Source: Candidatus Saccharimonadales bacterium
Lineage (GTDB): Bacteria > Patescibacteriota > Saccharimonadia > Saccharimonadales > UBA4665
DNA length: 64,000 nt
Assembly: GCA_036568905.1 (NCBI GenBank)
Contig: DATCRQ010000001.1
Location: forward strand, 430,399 to 494,398
Direction of reading: 5' to 3'
The notes beneath the pieces are model-generated. The model was not told the origin of the DNA and searched no databases. It was given only the letters and a program-made list of their open reading frames with translations. Shown here one piece after another: positions 52,393-60,615 of this stretch; positions within the stretch are counted from its first letter, which is position 1, and every line of letters starts with the position of its first letter. The translations under genes were made by a program, and so were the position numbers.

Positions 52393-53784
52393 ATGAACGT
52401 TATTACGCGCGGGATGCGCAACGCGTTTCGGAATGGTGTGAGAACTATTTCAATCGTGGTAATCTTGGGCCTCAGCATTGGCCTCAGCCTTACGATGCTG
52501 GTCGCACACCAAGCCGTCGGGCAAAAGATTGCAAGCGTTAAGAGTTCCATAGGCAACACGATTTCCGTTTCGCCGGCCGGCGTGAACGGGTTTGAAGGCG
52601 GCGGCAATCCGCTCACGACCTCGCAAATAAATGAGGTTAAGGCTTTGGCGCACGTCAGCAGCGTGACGTCCGAAGTTACCGATCGTTTAACAACGAGTAA
52701 CACCAATTTGACGTCGGCAATCGACGCTGGCTCGCTGGGCAAACGCTTTAATAGTGAGAACGGCAGCAGTTCATCAAGCAGCTCATCGTTCTCCTTTGCA
52801 GGTGGAAGCGACGGCTCAACGATGAGCTTCACGCCGCCAATCAGCGCCGTCGGCACAACCGACCCAACGACGTACGAAAGCACAACAGTCAAAATTACCA
52901 GCGGCACAACGTTGGACGGCAGCACCGACAAAGACGTTGCGCTCGTCGGCAGCTCACTCGCCTCAAAGAACAACTTGAAAGTCGGCTCGACCTTCACGGC
53001 GTACAACACGACAATTACCGTGCAAGGCATCTTCGACACCGGCACGAGCTTTGCTAACAACACCGTCATCTTCTCGTTGCCGACCCTGCAACGTTTGAGC
53101 TCCCAAACAAATGACGTCACCAGCGCAACGGTTACGGTCGACACGCTGGCCAACGTTAGCGGCGTGGTCAAAGCCATTCAAAATAAACTTGGCTCTTCAA
53201 CGGTTGACGTCACCAGCAGCGAATCCAGCGCCACGACCGCACTCGCACCGTTGCAAAGCGTCCAAAGCGTTTCGCTGTACAGCCTCGTTGGCGCGGTGAT
53301 CGCCGGCGGCGTCATCATTCTCCTCACAATGATTATGATTGTACGCGAGCGCAAGCGCGAGATCGGCGTCGTGAAAGCAATCGGCGCAAGCAATGTGCGC
53401 ATCATGAGCGAATTCATGGTTGAATCGTTGACGCTCACGATCCTCGGCGCAATCATCGGCCTATTCATCGGTGTCGTCGGTGGCCAGCCAGTGACGAAGA
53501 TGCTCGTGAACAACAGCTCAAGCTCCACGACGAGCACCACGACGGCCGGGCCGGGCCAGTTTGCCGGCGTAACGTCAACGACTACCACGCGTGGTGGCGG
53601 CTTTGCCCGCGGCCTGCGTAACAACGGCGCGGTCAAAGGTCTCGACAATATTAAGGCAGACATCGGCTGGGGCATTTTGCTCGACGGTTTCGGCGCTGCG
53701 GTGCTCATCGCCGTCCTCGGCAGTACGCTCGCCGCGGGCATGATCTCCAAAGTCCGTCCGTCAGAAGTAATGAGGGTTGAATAA
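52393..53784 (+). CDS. MacB/FtsX-type ABC transporter permease
   Basis: 463 aa. One TM helix, a large extracytoplasmic domain, then an FtsX 3-TM bundle (RKREIGVVKAIGASN). S/T-rich insert SSSSTTSTTTAGPG before the last helices. Confidence 0.85.
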   Translation: MNVITRGMRNAFRNGVRTISIVVILGLSIGLSLTMLVAHQAVGQKIASVKSSIGNTISVSPAGVNGFEGGGNPLTTSQINEVKALAHVSSVTSEVTDRLTTSNTNLTSAIDAGSLGKRFNSENGSSSSSSSSFSFAGGSDGSTMSFTPPISAVGTTDPTTYESTTVKITSGTTLDGSTDKDVALVGSSLASKNNLKVGSTFTAYNTTITVQGIFDTGTSFANNTVIFSLPTLQRLSSQTNDVTSATVTVDTLANVSGVVKAIQNKLGSSTVDVTSSESSATTALAPLQSVQSVSLYSLVGAVIAGGVIILLTMIMIVRERKREIGVVKAIGASNVRIMSEFMVESLTLTILGAIIGLFIGVVGGQPVTKMLVNNSSSSTTSTTTAGPGQFAGVTSTTTTRGGGFARGLRNNGAVKGLDNIKADIGWGILLDGFGAAVLIAVLGSTLAAGMISKVRPSEVMRVE

Positions 53785-54464
53785 TGTTGCAAGTAAAACA
53801 TCTCACCAAAACGTTCCGCTCCGGCGACAGCGACGTGCACGCCGCGCAAGACATCAGCTTTGAGGTTCCCGAAGGGCAGTTCGCCTCAATCATCGGCCGT
53901 TCGGGCTCGGGCAAGTCAACCTTGCTCAGCCTGCTCGGCGCGCTCGACAAGCCCACGAAGGGCGAGATCATCGTCGACGGCCAAGACCTTACGAAGCTGC
54001 ACGACCATAAGCTCATCGATTACCGTTGCAAAGCCATCGGCTTCATTTTCCAAAACTACAACCTCGTGCCCAACCTCACGGCCGTAGAAAATGTCATGCT
54101 GCCGATGGAATTTGCCGGCATTCCCAAAGCGCAGCGCAAGACGCGCGCGACGGAACTGCTCAACCAAGTCGGCCTCGACGAAGTGAAGCAACAACGCAAG
54201 CCCGGACGTTTGAGCGGCGGCGAGCAGCAACGCGTGGCAATTGCCCGCGCGCTCGCCAACAAGCCAAAACTCATTTTGGCTGATGAGCCAACGGGCAACC
54301 TCGACTCAACAACGGGCAAAATGATCTTCGACCTTCTGCACGGCCTCAGCCGTTCCGAGAACACGACGATCATCGCCGTCACACACGACCTCAGCATCGC
54401 CGGCAAAACCGACGCCACGTTTACGCTGCAGGACGGCAAACTGGTAAACGGCACAAAGAAATAG
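53784..54464 (+). CDS. ABC transporter ATP-binding protein (MacB/LolD type)
   Basis: 226 aa. GRSGSGKST, LSGGEQQRVAIARAL, ILADEPTGNLD. TAATG overlap with the permease gene. Confidence 0.9.
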   Translation: MLQVKHLTKTFRSGDSDVHAAQDISFEVPEGQFASIIGRSGSGKSTLLSLLGALDKPTKGEIIVDGQDLTKLHDHKLIDYRCKAIGFIFQNYNLVPNLTAVENVMLPMEFAGIPKAQRKTRATELLNQVGLDEVKQQRKPGRLSGGEQQRVAIARALANKPKLILADEPTGNLDSTTGKMIFDLLHGLSRSENTTIIAVTHDLSIAGKTDATFTLQDGKLVNGTKK

Positions 54465-54476
54465 CCGTACGAAGCT

Positions 54477-54509
54477 AAAAAAGGCGGCCGCAATAAGGCC
54501 GCCTTTTTG
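54477..54509. terminator. Bidirectional rho-independent terminator
   Basis: AAAAAA-GGCGGCC-gcaataa-GGCCGCC-TTTTT between convergent genes. Confidence 0.75.
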
Positions 54510-54522
54510 TTTGCCGAAAGTC

Positions 54523-55017
54523 CTAAAACTTCAGCGGCTCGCCGCGAAGCAGGGCAAAGCCGCGACGCATTACGTTGATTTCTACGTCGTCAGGCTTGCG
54601 GTTGACGGTGAACTTGTCGAACTCGTCTTCAGAAAACCACCCGCTTGCCATATGGTCGTCAGGGCTTATGTATACGTCGTCCACCGCTCCCTCGAACTGG
54701 GCAAAGTAGGCGATCTCGACGGCGTGTGCGCCTTTGACCTCGTTCATATACGTAAAGACGCTGAACGGGTCGCCTACGACGATTTCTTTGCGCAATTCCT
54801 CGCGCACTTCGCGCTTGAGGCCGGCAATTATGTCTTCGCCAAAATCAATGTGGCCACCGGCAATTTCGTACACGCCCGGGAAGAACTTCTTTGTCATCGC
54901 ACGTTGTGCCAGGAAGACTTTTTCAACGCCATCAAAGTTATGATGAATGAACGCGCAAGCTACGATGACTTGTTGGCCGACGGCCGGGGTTTCGCTATCG
55001 TGTACTAATTTTGTCAT
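54523..55017 (-). CDS. NUDIX hydrolase
   Basis: Nudix box GGHIDFGEDIIAGLKREVREELRKE. ATG 55017 (MTKLVHD) is preferred over the track's TTG at 55038, which abuts a hairpin. Confidence 0.85.
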   Translation of the reverse strand: MTKLVHDSETPAVGQQVIVACAFIHHNFDGVEKVFLAQRAMTKKFFPGVYEIAGGHIDFGEDIIAGLKREVREELRKEIVVGDPFSVFTYMNEVKGAHAVEIAYFAQFEGAVDDVYISPDDHMASGWFSEDEFDKFTVNRKPDDVEINVMRRGFALLRGEPLKF

Positions 55018-55035
55018 AAGGAAAGTGTAGCATAC

Positions 55036-55067
55036 CAAAACGGCCGCCTGAGTTTTCAGGCGGCCGT
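55036..55067 (-). terminator. Rho-independent terminator of the surface-protein gene
   Basis: 12-bp perfect stem ACGGCCGCCTGA-gttt-TCAGGCGGCCGT. A TTTT run follows on the minus strand. Confidence 0.65.
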
Positions 55068-55089
55068 CGGCTTTCGCGTTGCCAGTCGC

Positions 55090-56568
55090 TTACTGCAATT
55101 GGCTGGCGATGCGGCGCTTCACGAAGAAGTGGTGAGCCGCAGTGGCGATGAAGGTGACACCGAGGAACATTGCAACGGTGCTGCCAGGACCCGTGTTGAC
55201 CAAAGCGGTTGGCGTGACCGGGGTGGTCTGGCATTCGCTTGAGCCAACTGGGTACGTCTGGCCAGTCGTCGGACTGGTGCAGGTTGGGCTACATTGAGCC
55301 GAACCGACTGGGTACGTTTGGCCGTTGGTCGGCGAAGTACACGTAGGTTGGCATTCCGTAGCCGTGCTGCCCGTGGCACACGTTTGAGCAGGGATCTTGA
55401 GGTTCGTCTTACATGTTGACGAAGTCAAGGCAGTGCCGTTGGCACCCGTGCCCGTAACCGTGGCGTAAATGTTCGAGTAGGTTTGGCCGGCGAGGTAGGT
55501 GAACGATTTGCTCGTAGCCTTAGCAGCACTGGTCGTAACCGTTTGCGTACTGTTGGCCGTGTCGCCAAAGTGGAAGGTGTAGCTCTTGATCGTTGCGTTC
55601 TGAGCTGTAGCTTGAGCGGTCAGTGTGTAGCTAATGTTGCCGGTTTTGTTGTCAACCGTGCCGGTACTCAGCGCAAGGCTGGCACATACGAGCGAGCCGA
55701 CTGGCTGCACCGTAAAGGTCTTCGTACAAGTAACTGATTTTGGTGCAACGCTGTAAATGTTGTTGGCGACGCCGCTGACCGTAACCTTAGCGGTGTACGT
55801 GCCAGGAGCGTAGGTTTGCGATTCGCTCGTCACGCTCGTAGCGCTGGAGTTAATCGTTTGCGTCTTGCCGTTGCCGAAGTCGAACACATAGCTCGAGAGG
55901 TTGGCGTTGCTGGCAGTCGCCGAAGCGGTCAGCGTGTCGGTTTGGTTGCCTTTAGAGTCGGTCGTGCCGGTGTTAAGGATCAAGTTCTTACACACGAGCG
56001 TACCTTGCTCAGGCGGTGTTGGCGTAACGTGGATTGGGTTGCCGCAAGCCGACATAATGCCGAACAGCGCTTGGCCGTTTTGCATGAAGATGTAAGCCGT
56101 GAGAGACTGCACACCGGCGGCAAAACCGATGGCAGGAGTGCGCTCGTAGAAGGTGAAACCGTTGTTCGTAACCTTGGTGCTGCCGGCAATGTAATCACGG
56201 CCAGCCGTGATGGCGTTCGTACCGACAAGCTTGCTGCCGACGTACAAGTCGCCGCCACGCGTAATCGTACCTGTGACGACCGAAGCGCTACACAAGTTGT
56301 TGACGTCAGCCGTCGTAATGTTGAACGGTGACGCGTTATAAATATCGCGGACCGTAGCATCCGACGCATAGGCCGACTGCACTTTCGTTACGCTCGGAGC
56401 GCCATTACCGATCACCGAGTTGCCCGGCGGATCGTACGGTGCGCCTAAAGTTGCACATGATTGCGCTGAAACGTTGCCCATAGCAACCGCAGCACCGACA
56501 CCAACCACCAACGCGGCGGCCATCGAAACGGCGTTCAGCTTCTTGTAGATACGTTTGAAAACGTTCAT
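55090..56568 (-). CDS. Cell-surface protein with two PKD/Ig-like repeats, a Cys-knot tandem repeat and an LVNTG-type cell-wall sorting signal
   Basis: 492 aa. Signal peptide MAAALVVGVGAAVAMGNVSAQS. Two repeats of about 95 aa (LVCKNLILNTGT...YVFDFGNGKTQ and LVCASLALSTGT...YTFHFGDTANS). C-terminus LVNTG-PGSTVAMFLGVTFIATAAHHFFV-KRRIASQLQ. Confidence 0.8.
   Translation of the reverse strand: MNVFKRIYKKLNAVSMAAALVVGVGAAVAMGNVSAQSCATLGAPYDPPGNSVIGNGAPSVTKVQSAYASDATVRDIYNASPFNITTADVNNLCSASVVTGTITRGGDLYVGSKLVGTNAITAGRDYIAGSTKVTNNGFTFYERTPAIGFAAGVQSLTAYIFMQNGQALFGIMSACGNPIHVTPTPPEQGTLVCKNLILNTGTTDSKGNQTDTLTASATASNANLSSYVFDFGNGKTQTINSSATSVTSESQTYAPGTYTAKVTVSGVANNIYSVAPKSVTCTKTFTVQPVGSLVCASLALSTGTVDNKTGNISYTLTAQATAQNATIKSYTFHFGDTANSTQTVTTSAAKATSKSFTYLAGQTYSNIYATVTGTGANGTALTSSTCKTNLKIPAQTCATGSTATECQPTCTSPTNGQTYPVGSAQCSPTCTSPTTGQTYPVGSSECQTTPVTPTALVNTGPGSTVAMFLGVTFIATAAHHFFVKRRIASQLQ
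55234..55353 (-). repeat. Tandem 60-nt (20-aa) coding repeat
   Basis: CQPTCTSPTNGQTYPVGSAQ / CSPTCTSPTTGQTYPVGSSE. The nucleotide copies are clearly alignable. Confidence 0.7.
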
Positions 56569-56810
56569 AAGTTACTCCTTTTATTCACCTCTACTCACCC
56601 ATGCGGTGTTGTATTGACGTTATAATACCATTCTAGTGCATTATTGTCAATACCATAACCGCTCGCCCCACTTCGGCACCTCGCCTCAATGTTCTACGCA
56701 GTATACATAAAGACACGAAGTAGACGCAACCCCGAGTTTGTGATAAAAATCTTGTCTCGAGCAACACCAAGATTCTTAGGTTTACAATTGCATAATACAT
56801 ATTAATATGA

Positions 56811-56816
56811 TATAAT
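56811..56816 (+). promoter_or_regulatory. -10 box TATAAT, 8 nt upstream of ATG 56825 (leaderless-type)
   Basis: TATAAT-atacactt-ATG with no Shine-Dalgarno sequence. TTGCAT lies 17 nt upstream. Confidence 0.35.
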
Positions 56817-56824
56817 ATACACTT

Positions 56825-57655
56825 ATGAACAAGGCTGTTCGTTTAGTCACAACAGGAGCTTTAGCGACAGGCATAGGCCTCGGCGTAAGCGCGTGCGGTC
56901 CCGCTGGAACGCCGGCGTTAGAGACCCCGAACAATACGCTGGAGGTTGCGGCAAACAACATTAACTACTGGCAAACCGTCGGAAGTCTTCCGGCCTCACA
57001 AACAATCAAAATTACGCTGCCCGCCAATGCCAGTACGAACACGCCCGCCGAAAACTTGGACATATGGAACCTCACGTCCTCCAAAGTGAATCCTGCACAA
57101 GTTAAGGCGGCCGCAAACTATCTCGTCACCCGCGTCGCCGACATATCACGCGTGTGGAATTTACCGATGCTCCATAATGCCGACGCTAGCGCAGCTGCCG
57201 GGCAGGAAAAAGAGCACGACATGATACTGGTGCCGAACGGCACGCCATCACCTGCAAATGGCTACTTTATGCCTGGAATCTCAGGGACGACATCCCACAC
57301 TTCCACGCTCGAGTCTAAATCAGAAACTGTCAGCGTCGTATACCAATCCCTCGACGAAACCGGAAGCCCGCAGCAATTCCTCGGCAAAGGCAGCGACCAC
57401 GCGTTGAGCGTAGAAATGTGCCAAGCCTTAATAGATGTCGTCGCGGAGGACGGATCTAACCTCGCTCAAGAAACCATCTGCAACTCAGAAGGCAGAGAGA
57501 TAGACGAAATCGAGGCAGGCAAAACCTACCAACAATATGTGCAGGACATAGCCGCAGTCTCCGTTGAAACCGTAGGTGATTCCCGAACGATAGAATTGTT
57601 CACGGACTCGTCGCAAGGTTACGCCCAAGCAACGCAAGCCCTCTTAGGCAAGTAG
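56825..57655 (+). CDS. Hypothetical lipoprotein
   Basis: 276 aa. GALATGIGLGVSAC lipobox. Confidence 0.6.
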   Translation: MNKAVRLVTTGALATGIGLGVSACGPAGTPALETPNNTLEVAANNINYWQTVGSLPASQTIKITLPANASTNTPAENLDIWNLTSSKVNPAQVKAAANYLVTRVADISRVWNLPMLHNADASAAAGQEKEHDMILVPNGTPSPANGYFMPGISGTTSHTSTLESKSETVSVVYQSLDETGSPQQFLGKGSDHALSVEMCQALIDVVAEDGSNLAQETICNSEGREIDEIEAGKTYQQYVQDIAAVSVETVGDSRTIELFTDSSQGYAQATQALLGK

Positions 57656-57706
57656 CCTGAGTTTATGAGGCTGGGCAAACTGCTGCCGCGACTGTATACT
57701 TAAGGT

Positions 57707-57976
57707 ATGCTTATTGTTTTGCATATCCTGAGCGCCTTGAGCAGTTTGGCCGTGACGACCGTTGCCGTAGTGCGGCCGTCTGCAACAGCTCTGCGCGTTG
57801 ACGCTTTGCTCACGGCATTTACCATGATGAGCGGCACAGCTCTCGTCGTGATGAGCCACGCGCATATGCTTTCGGCGTGCGCAACGGGCTTGGCTTATCT
57901 CAGCTTCGCACTTTCGGGCTTGCTCGTCTCACGGTATCGTTTGGCGCACGCAACGGTCAAAGTCCGCGGCAAATAA
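57707..57976 (+). CDS. Small 3-TM membrane protein
   Basis: 89 aa and hydrophobic. TATACT lies 6 nt upstream of the ATG. Confidence 0.4.
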   Translation: MLIVLHILSALSSLAVTTVAVVRPSATALRVDALLTAFTMMSGTALVVMSHAHMLSACATGLAYLSFALSGLLVSRYRLAHATVKVRGK

Positions 57977-57992
57977 TCGTAACGAAGGACGT

Positions 57993-58265
57993 TTATTTTC
58001 TTTTGCCCTTTGGCTTGCTGCTGCGTGTTTTGCCCATCATCCACAATAGAATGAGCGAGCCGGCGACAGCAACGAGCAAACTCCATATATTGAAGCCGGT
58101 GATGCCTTTGCCGCCAAGCACGTCCACGATGAAACCGCCGATAAGTGCACCCACAATTCCCACGCCGATGTTACCCAGTACGCCTTGATCCTTATTATTG
58201 CCGGCGATAATCGAAGCGATCCATCCCGCAAGACCGCCCAAAATAATCCAAGCAAACAAACCCAT
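57993..58265 (-). CDS. GlsB/YeaQ/YmgE-family (transglycosylase-associated) stress membrane protein
   Basis: 90 aa. MGLFAWIILGGLAGWIASIIAG...GVLGNIGVGIVGALIGGFI. Confidence 0.85.
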   Translation of the reverse strand: MGLFAWIILGGLAGWIASIIAGNNKDQGVLGNIGVGIVGALIGGFIVDVLGGKGITGFNIWSLLVAVAGSLILLWMMGKTRSSKPKGKRK

Positions 58266-58324
58266 CGCACCCTCCCACGTTTAATACATTTTAGTATAGC
58301 GCGTCCGTACGGACGCCGAAAAGC

Positions 58325-59989
58325 CTAGAAATGCTCGCGGATGTGCGAGAAGCTGAAATCCCAATCGGCATTGGCTTTCTTGTGTGGGTTGAAGATAGCG
58401 TCCGGATCCATAACGTGCTTGGCCTCTTGAAAAATCTTGAGCATCTTTGGGCCGTACATTTGCCCAAGCCATGGGCCGCGCACGAGGCCGTCGTTGTGTT
58501 CGCCGCTCAAGGAGCCTTTGTATTCGAGGACAAGGTTATCGACTTCCTTCATCGCCGGCAAAATCTTGGCACGGTCCTTAGAATCTTCAAGTTTCATCAA
58601 CGGAATAATATGGAAGTTGCCGTCGCCCATGTGGCCGGCAACGGTCGCAAGCAAATTATATTTTTTGATAATCTTTTGCAGCTTCGGCAAAAACTCAACC
58701 AAATATTCCGGCCGCACCACGAGGTCGTCGATGAACGGCGCCGTGTGCTTATCCTTGACCTTTGACCTGAGGAGGTTGAAGCTTTGCCGGCGCATCAGCC
58801 AAAACTTTTCGCTCTTTGCTTCGGTCGGGTCTTCTTCTTGGCCGTTGATTTCGTAGCGGGCGCGATGCTGCTTAAGTTCTTTGTGCAAGGCACGAACCTT
58901 TTGCCGCACTTCGTCTTCGGTTTCGCCGTTGAACTCGACCATCAGGATGAGCTTGGGAATACCGCGCAAAAGCTGTAAGCCGTCGGGGATTAAACTAAAG
59001 AGCAGGTGGATAAATTTCCTCACGCCGAGCATCTTAAGGAAGCTCGGCATAAAACGAATCGAGAGCCAAAGCGTCGCATCGTCGAAACTTTCAAACGTTG
59101 CAGGCTTGGCTTCAAGCACCTTTGGAATCAGCTCGCCCAAATCATCCATGCCTCGCAGGAACAAAACCAAAAGGCCGGAGTGCGGACGCGCCGGCACCAG
59201 CCGGAAATGAATGTCCGTCGTGAAGCCCATCGTGCCTTGCGCACCAACGATCAGCTTCGTAAGGTCGAAGATGCCCGTTTCGCGGTCCCACACGTCCCAA
59301 AGGTTGTAACCTGTGGAGTTTTTGCTGACGTTCGGCTTAGCCTTCTTGATCTCGTCGTAATTTGCCTCGATCAGGTCAAAGATACCTTTGTAGACCTTGC
59401 CCTCAAAATCTTTCTGCGCCATTTTCTTGACGAGCTCAACTTTGGTGAGCGGCCTTACGACGCGTTCCACGCCGTCGGCGAAGACAAAGCTCAGTTCGGT
59501 TACGAAGTTTTCGGTCTTGCCAAACTCCAACGACTTTTCGCCGCCGGAGTTGTTGTTGACCATGCCGCCGATTGTGCAAAGGTCGCGCGAGGCAGGGTAG
59601 CTCGGCATCAAGGCTTTGTGTTTGAGCGTTTCTTTCTCGAAGTCGCGGTAAAACACGCCGGGTTGCGCGTGCGCCGCCGTGGCCGAGACGTCCTCGATCT
59701 TCGTGAAGTGCTTATTAAAGTCTACGATGATCGACTCGTTAATTGCACCGCCGGACATGTCCGTGCCAGCCGAACGCGCCGTGAGCGAAAGCCCGGGCAT
59801 ACTTTTCTTTTGCGCAGCAACGAGGCCAACGAGATGAGCGACATCTTTCGCGTCCTTCGGTGTTACGACGAGCTTGGGACGCAGCTCGAACATTGACGCA
59901 TCATGACTGTAAAAATCCAACGTTGCGGCCGCGTCGTCGACCTCGCCGCTAAAACCAGCCTTCTGTAAGGCCTGCTTAAAATCATCCAT
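58325..59989 (-). CDS. FAD-linked oxidase (GlcD / D-lactate dehydrogenase-like)
   Basis: 554 aa. FAD_binding_4-type N-terminal half (LTARSAGTDMSGGAINESIIVDF, CTIGGMVNNNSGGEKS). C-terminal GSLSGEHNDGLVRG. Confidence 0.8.
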   Translation of the reverse strand: MDDFKQALQKAGFSGEVDDAAATLDFYSHDASMFELRPKLVVTPKDAKDVAHLVGLVAAQKKSMPGLSLTARSAGTDMSGGAINESIIVDFNKHFTKIEDVSATAAHAQPGVFYRDFEKETLKHKALMPSYPASRDLCTIGGMVNNNSGGEKSLEFGKTENFVTELSFVFADGVERVVRPLTKVELVKKMAQKDFEGKVYKGIFDLIEANYDEIKKAKPNVSKNSTGYNLWDVWDRETGIFDLTKLIVGAQGTMGFTTDIHFRLVPARPHSGLLVLFLRGMDDLGELIPKVLEAKPATFESFDDATLWLSIRFMPSFLKMLGVRKFIHLLFSLIPDGLQLLRGIPKLILMVEFNGETEDEVRQKVRALHKELKQHRARYEINGQEEDPTEAKSEKFWLMRRQSFNLLRSKVKDKHTAPFIDDLVVRPEYLVEFLPKLQKIIKKYNLLATVAGHMGDGNFHIIPLMKLEDSKDRAKILPAMKEVDNLVLEYKGSLSGEHNDGLVRGPWLGQMYGPKMLKIFQEAKHVMDPDAIFNPHKKANADWDFSFSHIREHF

Positions 59990-60025
59990 GTCCTAAGCAT
60001 AAACGCTTCGGCTGGCAAGCGCAAC

Positions 60026-60499
60026 TTACTGCGTAAGACCGGTGCACGCTTGCGGCTGTTGAGAGCCGTCAACGTGGACGTCGAGCACCGACACGAAGGG
60101 ATTTTCGCCGGTATCAACCATAAGCCACACGTCTGACTTTCTCCCGTCATGTTCATACTCACGGCCAGTCTTCTCGCAGACAACGTCGGCGTGTTGCCCT
60201 TTAGAATAGTGCGTGACGACCATTGTTGAATCGTTCGTGTCCTGCGTGCCGCGAAAGGCAGGAGTCTCCTCTGCCGTAAACGTAACGACAGTCGTCGGGT
60301 TATCCTCGTGCGTAGTAGCTACCGCGGCAGGGTTGCTTCCTACGACGTGCTCAGGACCGTCCAACGACAACGGGCTAACGCACCCGCCGATCGACGCTAG
60401 CGCCGCTATGCCGCCAGCGGCAGCTACAACCTTACGGACAAGCCTTCCACGGTTACCTTCAATTGCGAAACGGGATATCTCGCCCATTAGATCCTCCAA
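60026..60499 (-). CDS. Hypothetical lipoprotein
   Basis: 157 aa. AAGGIAALASIGGC lipobox. Confidence 0.5.
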   Translation of the reverse strand: MEDLMGEISRFAIEGNRGRLVRKVVAAAGGIAALASIGGCVSPLSLDGPEHVVGSNPAAVATTHEDNPTTVVTFTAEETPAFRGTQDTNDSTMVVTHYSKGQHADVVCEKTGREYEHDGRKSDVWLMVDTGENPFVSVLDVHVDGSQQPQACTGLTQ

Positions 60500-60602
60500 G
60501 CATTACGAATAAAAGCCTATCATTCTACGATGTACCCCACGGCGTCAACCATTTTAATTACAACGCCTTGCGATGAGATCTGGAAACTTCAAACGTTTAC
60601 GG

Positions 60603-60608
60603 TATAAT
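60603..60608 (+). promoter_or_regulatory. -10 box TATAAT, 7 nt upstream of ATG 60616 (leaderless-type)
   Basis: TATAAT-cataagc-ATG with no Shine-Dalgarno sequence. Confidence 0.35.
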
Positions 60609-60615
60609 CATAAGC

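Noticed and set aside
52368-53849. Two long minus-strand ORFs (269 aa and 223 aa) inside the ABC permease gene
   Set aside because: The plus-strand product has the FtsX/MacB architecture and is coupled to its ATPase. The minus-strand products are low-complexity shadows.
58300-58315. Perfect 14-nt palindrome CGTCCGTACGGACG between the FAD-oxidase and glsB-like genes, considered as a terminator
   Set aside because: No U-tract follows on the transcribed strand, and the stem is short. It may be a weak transcript-end hairpin or an operator, but the evidence is insufficient to call a feature.
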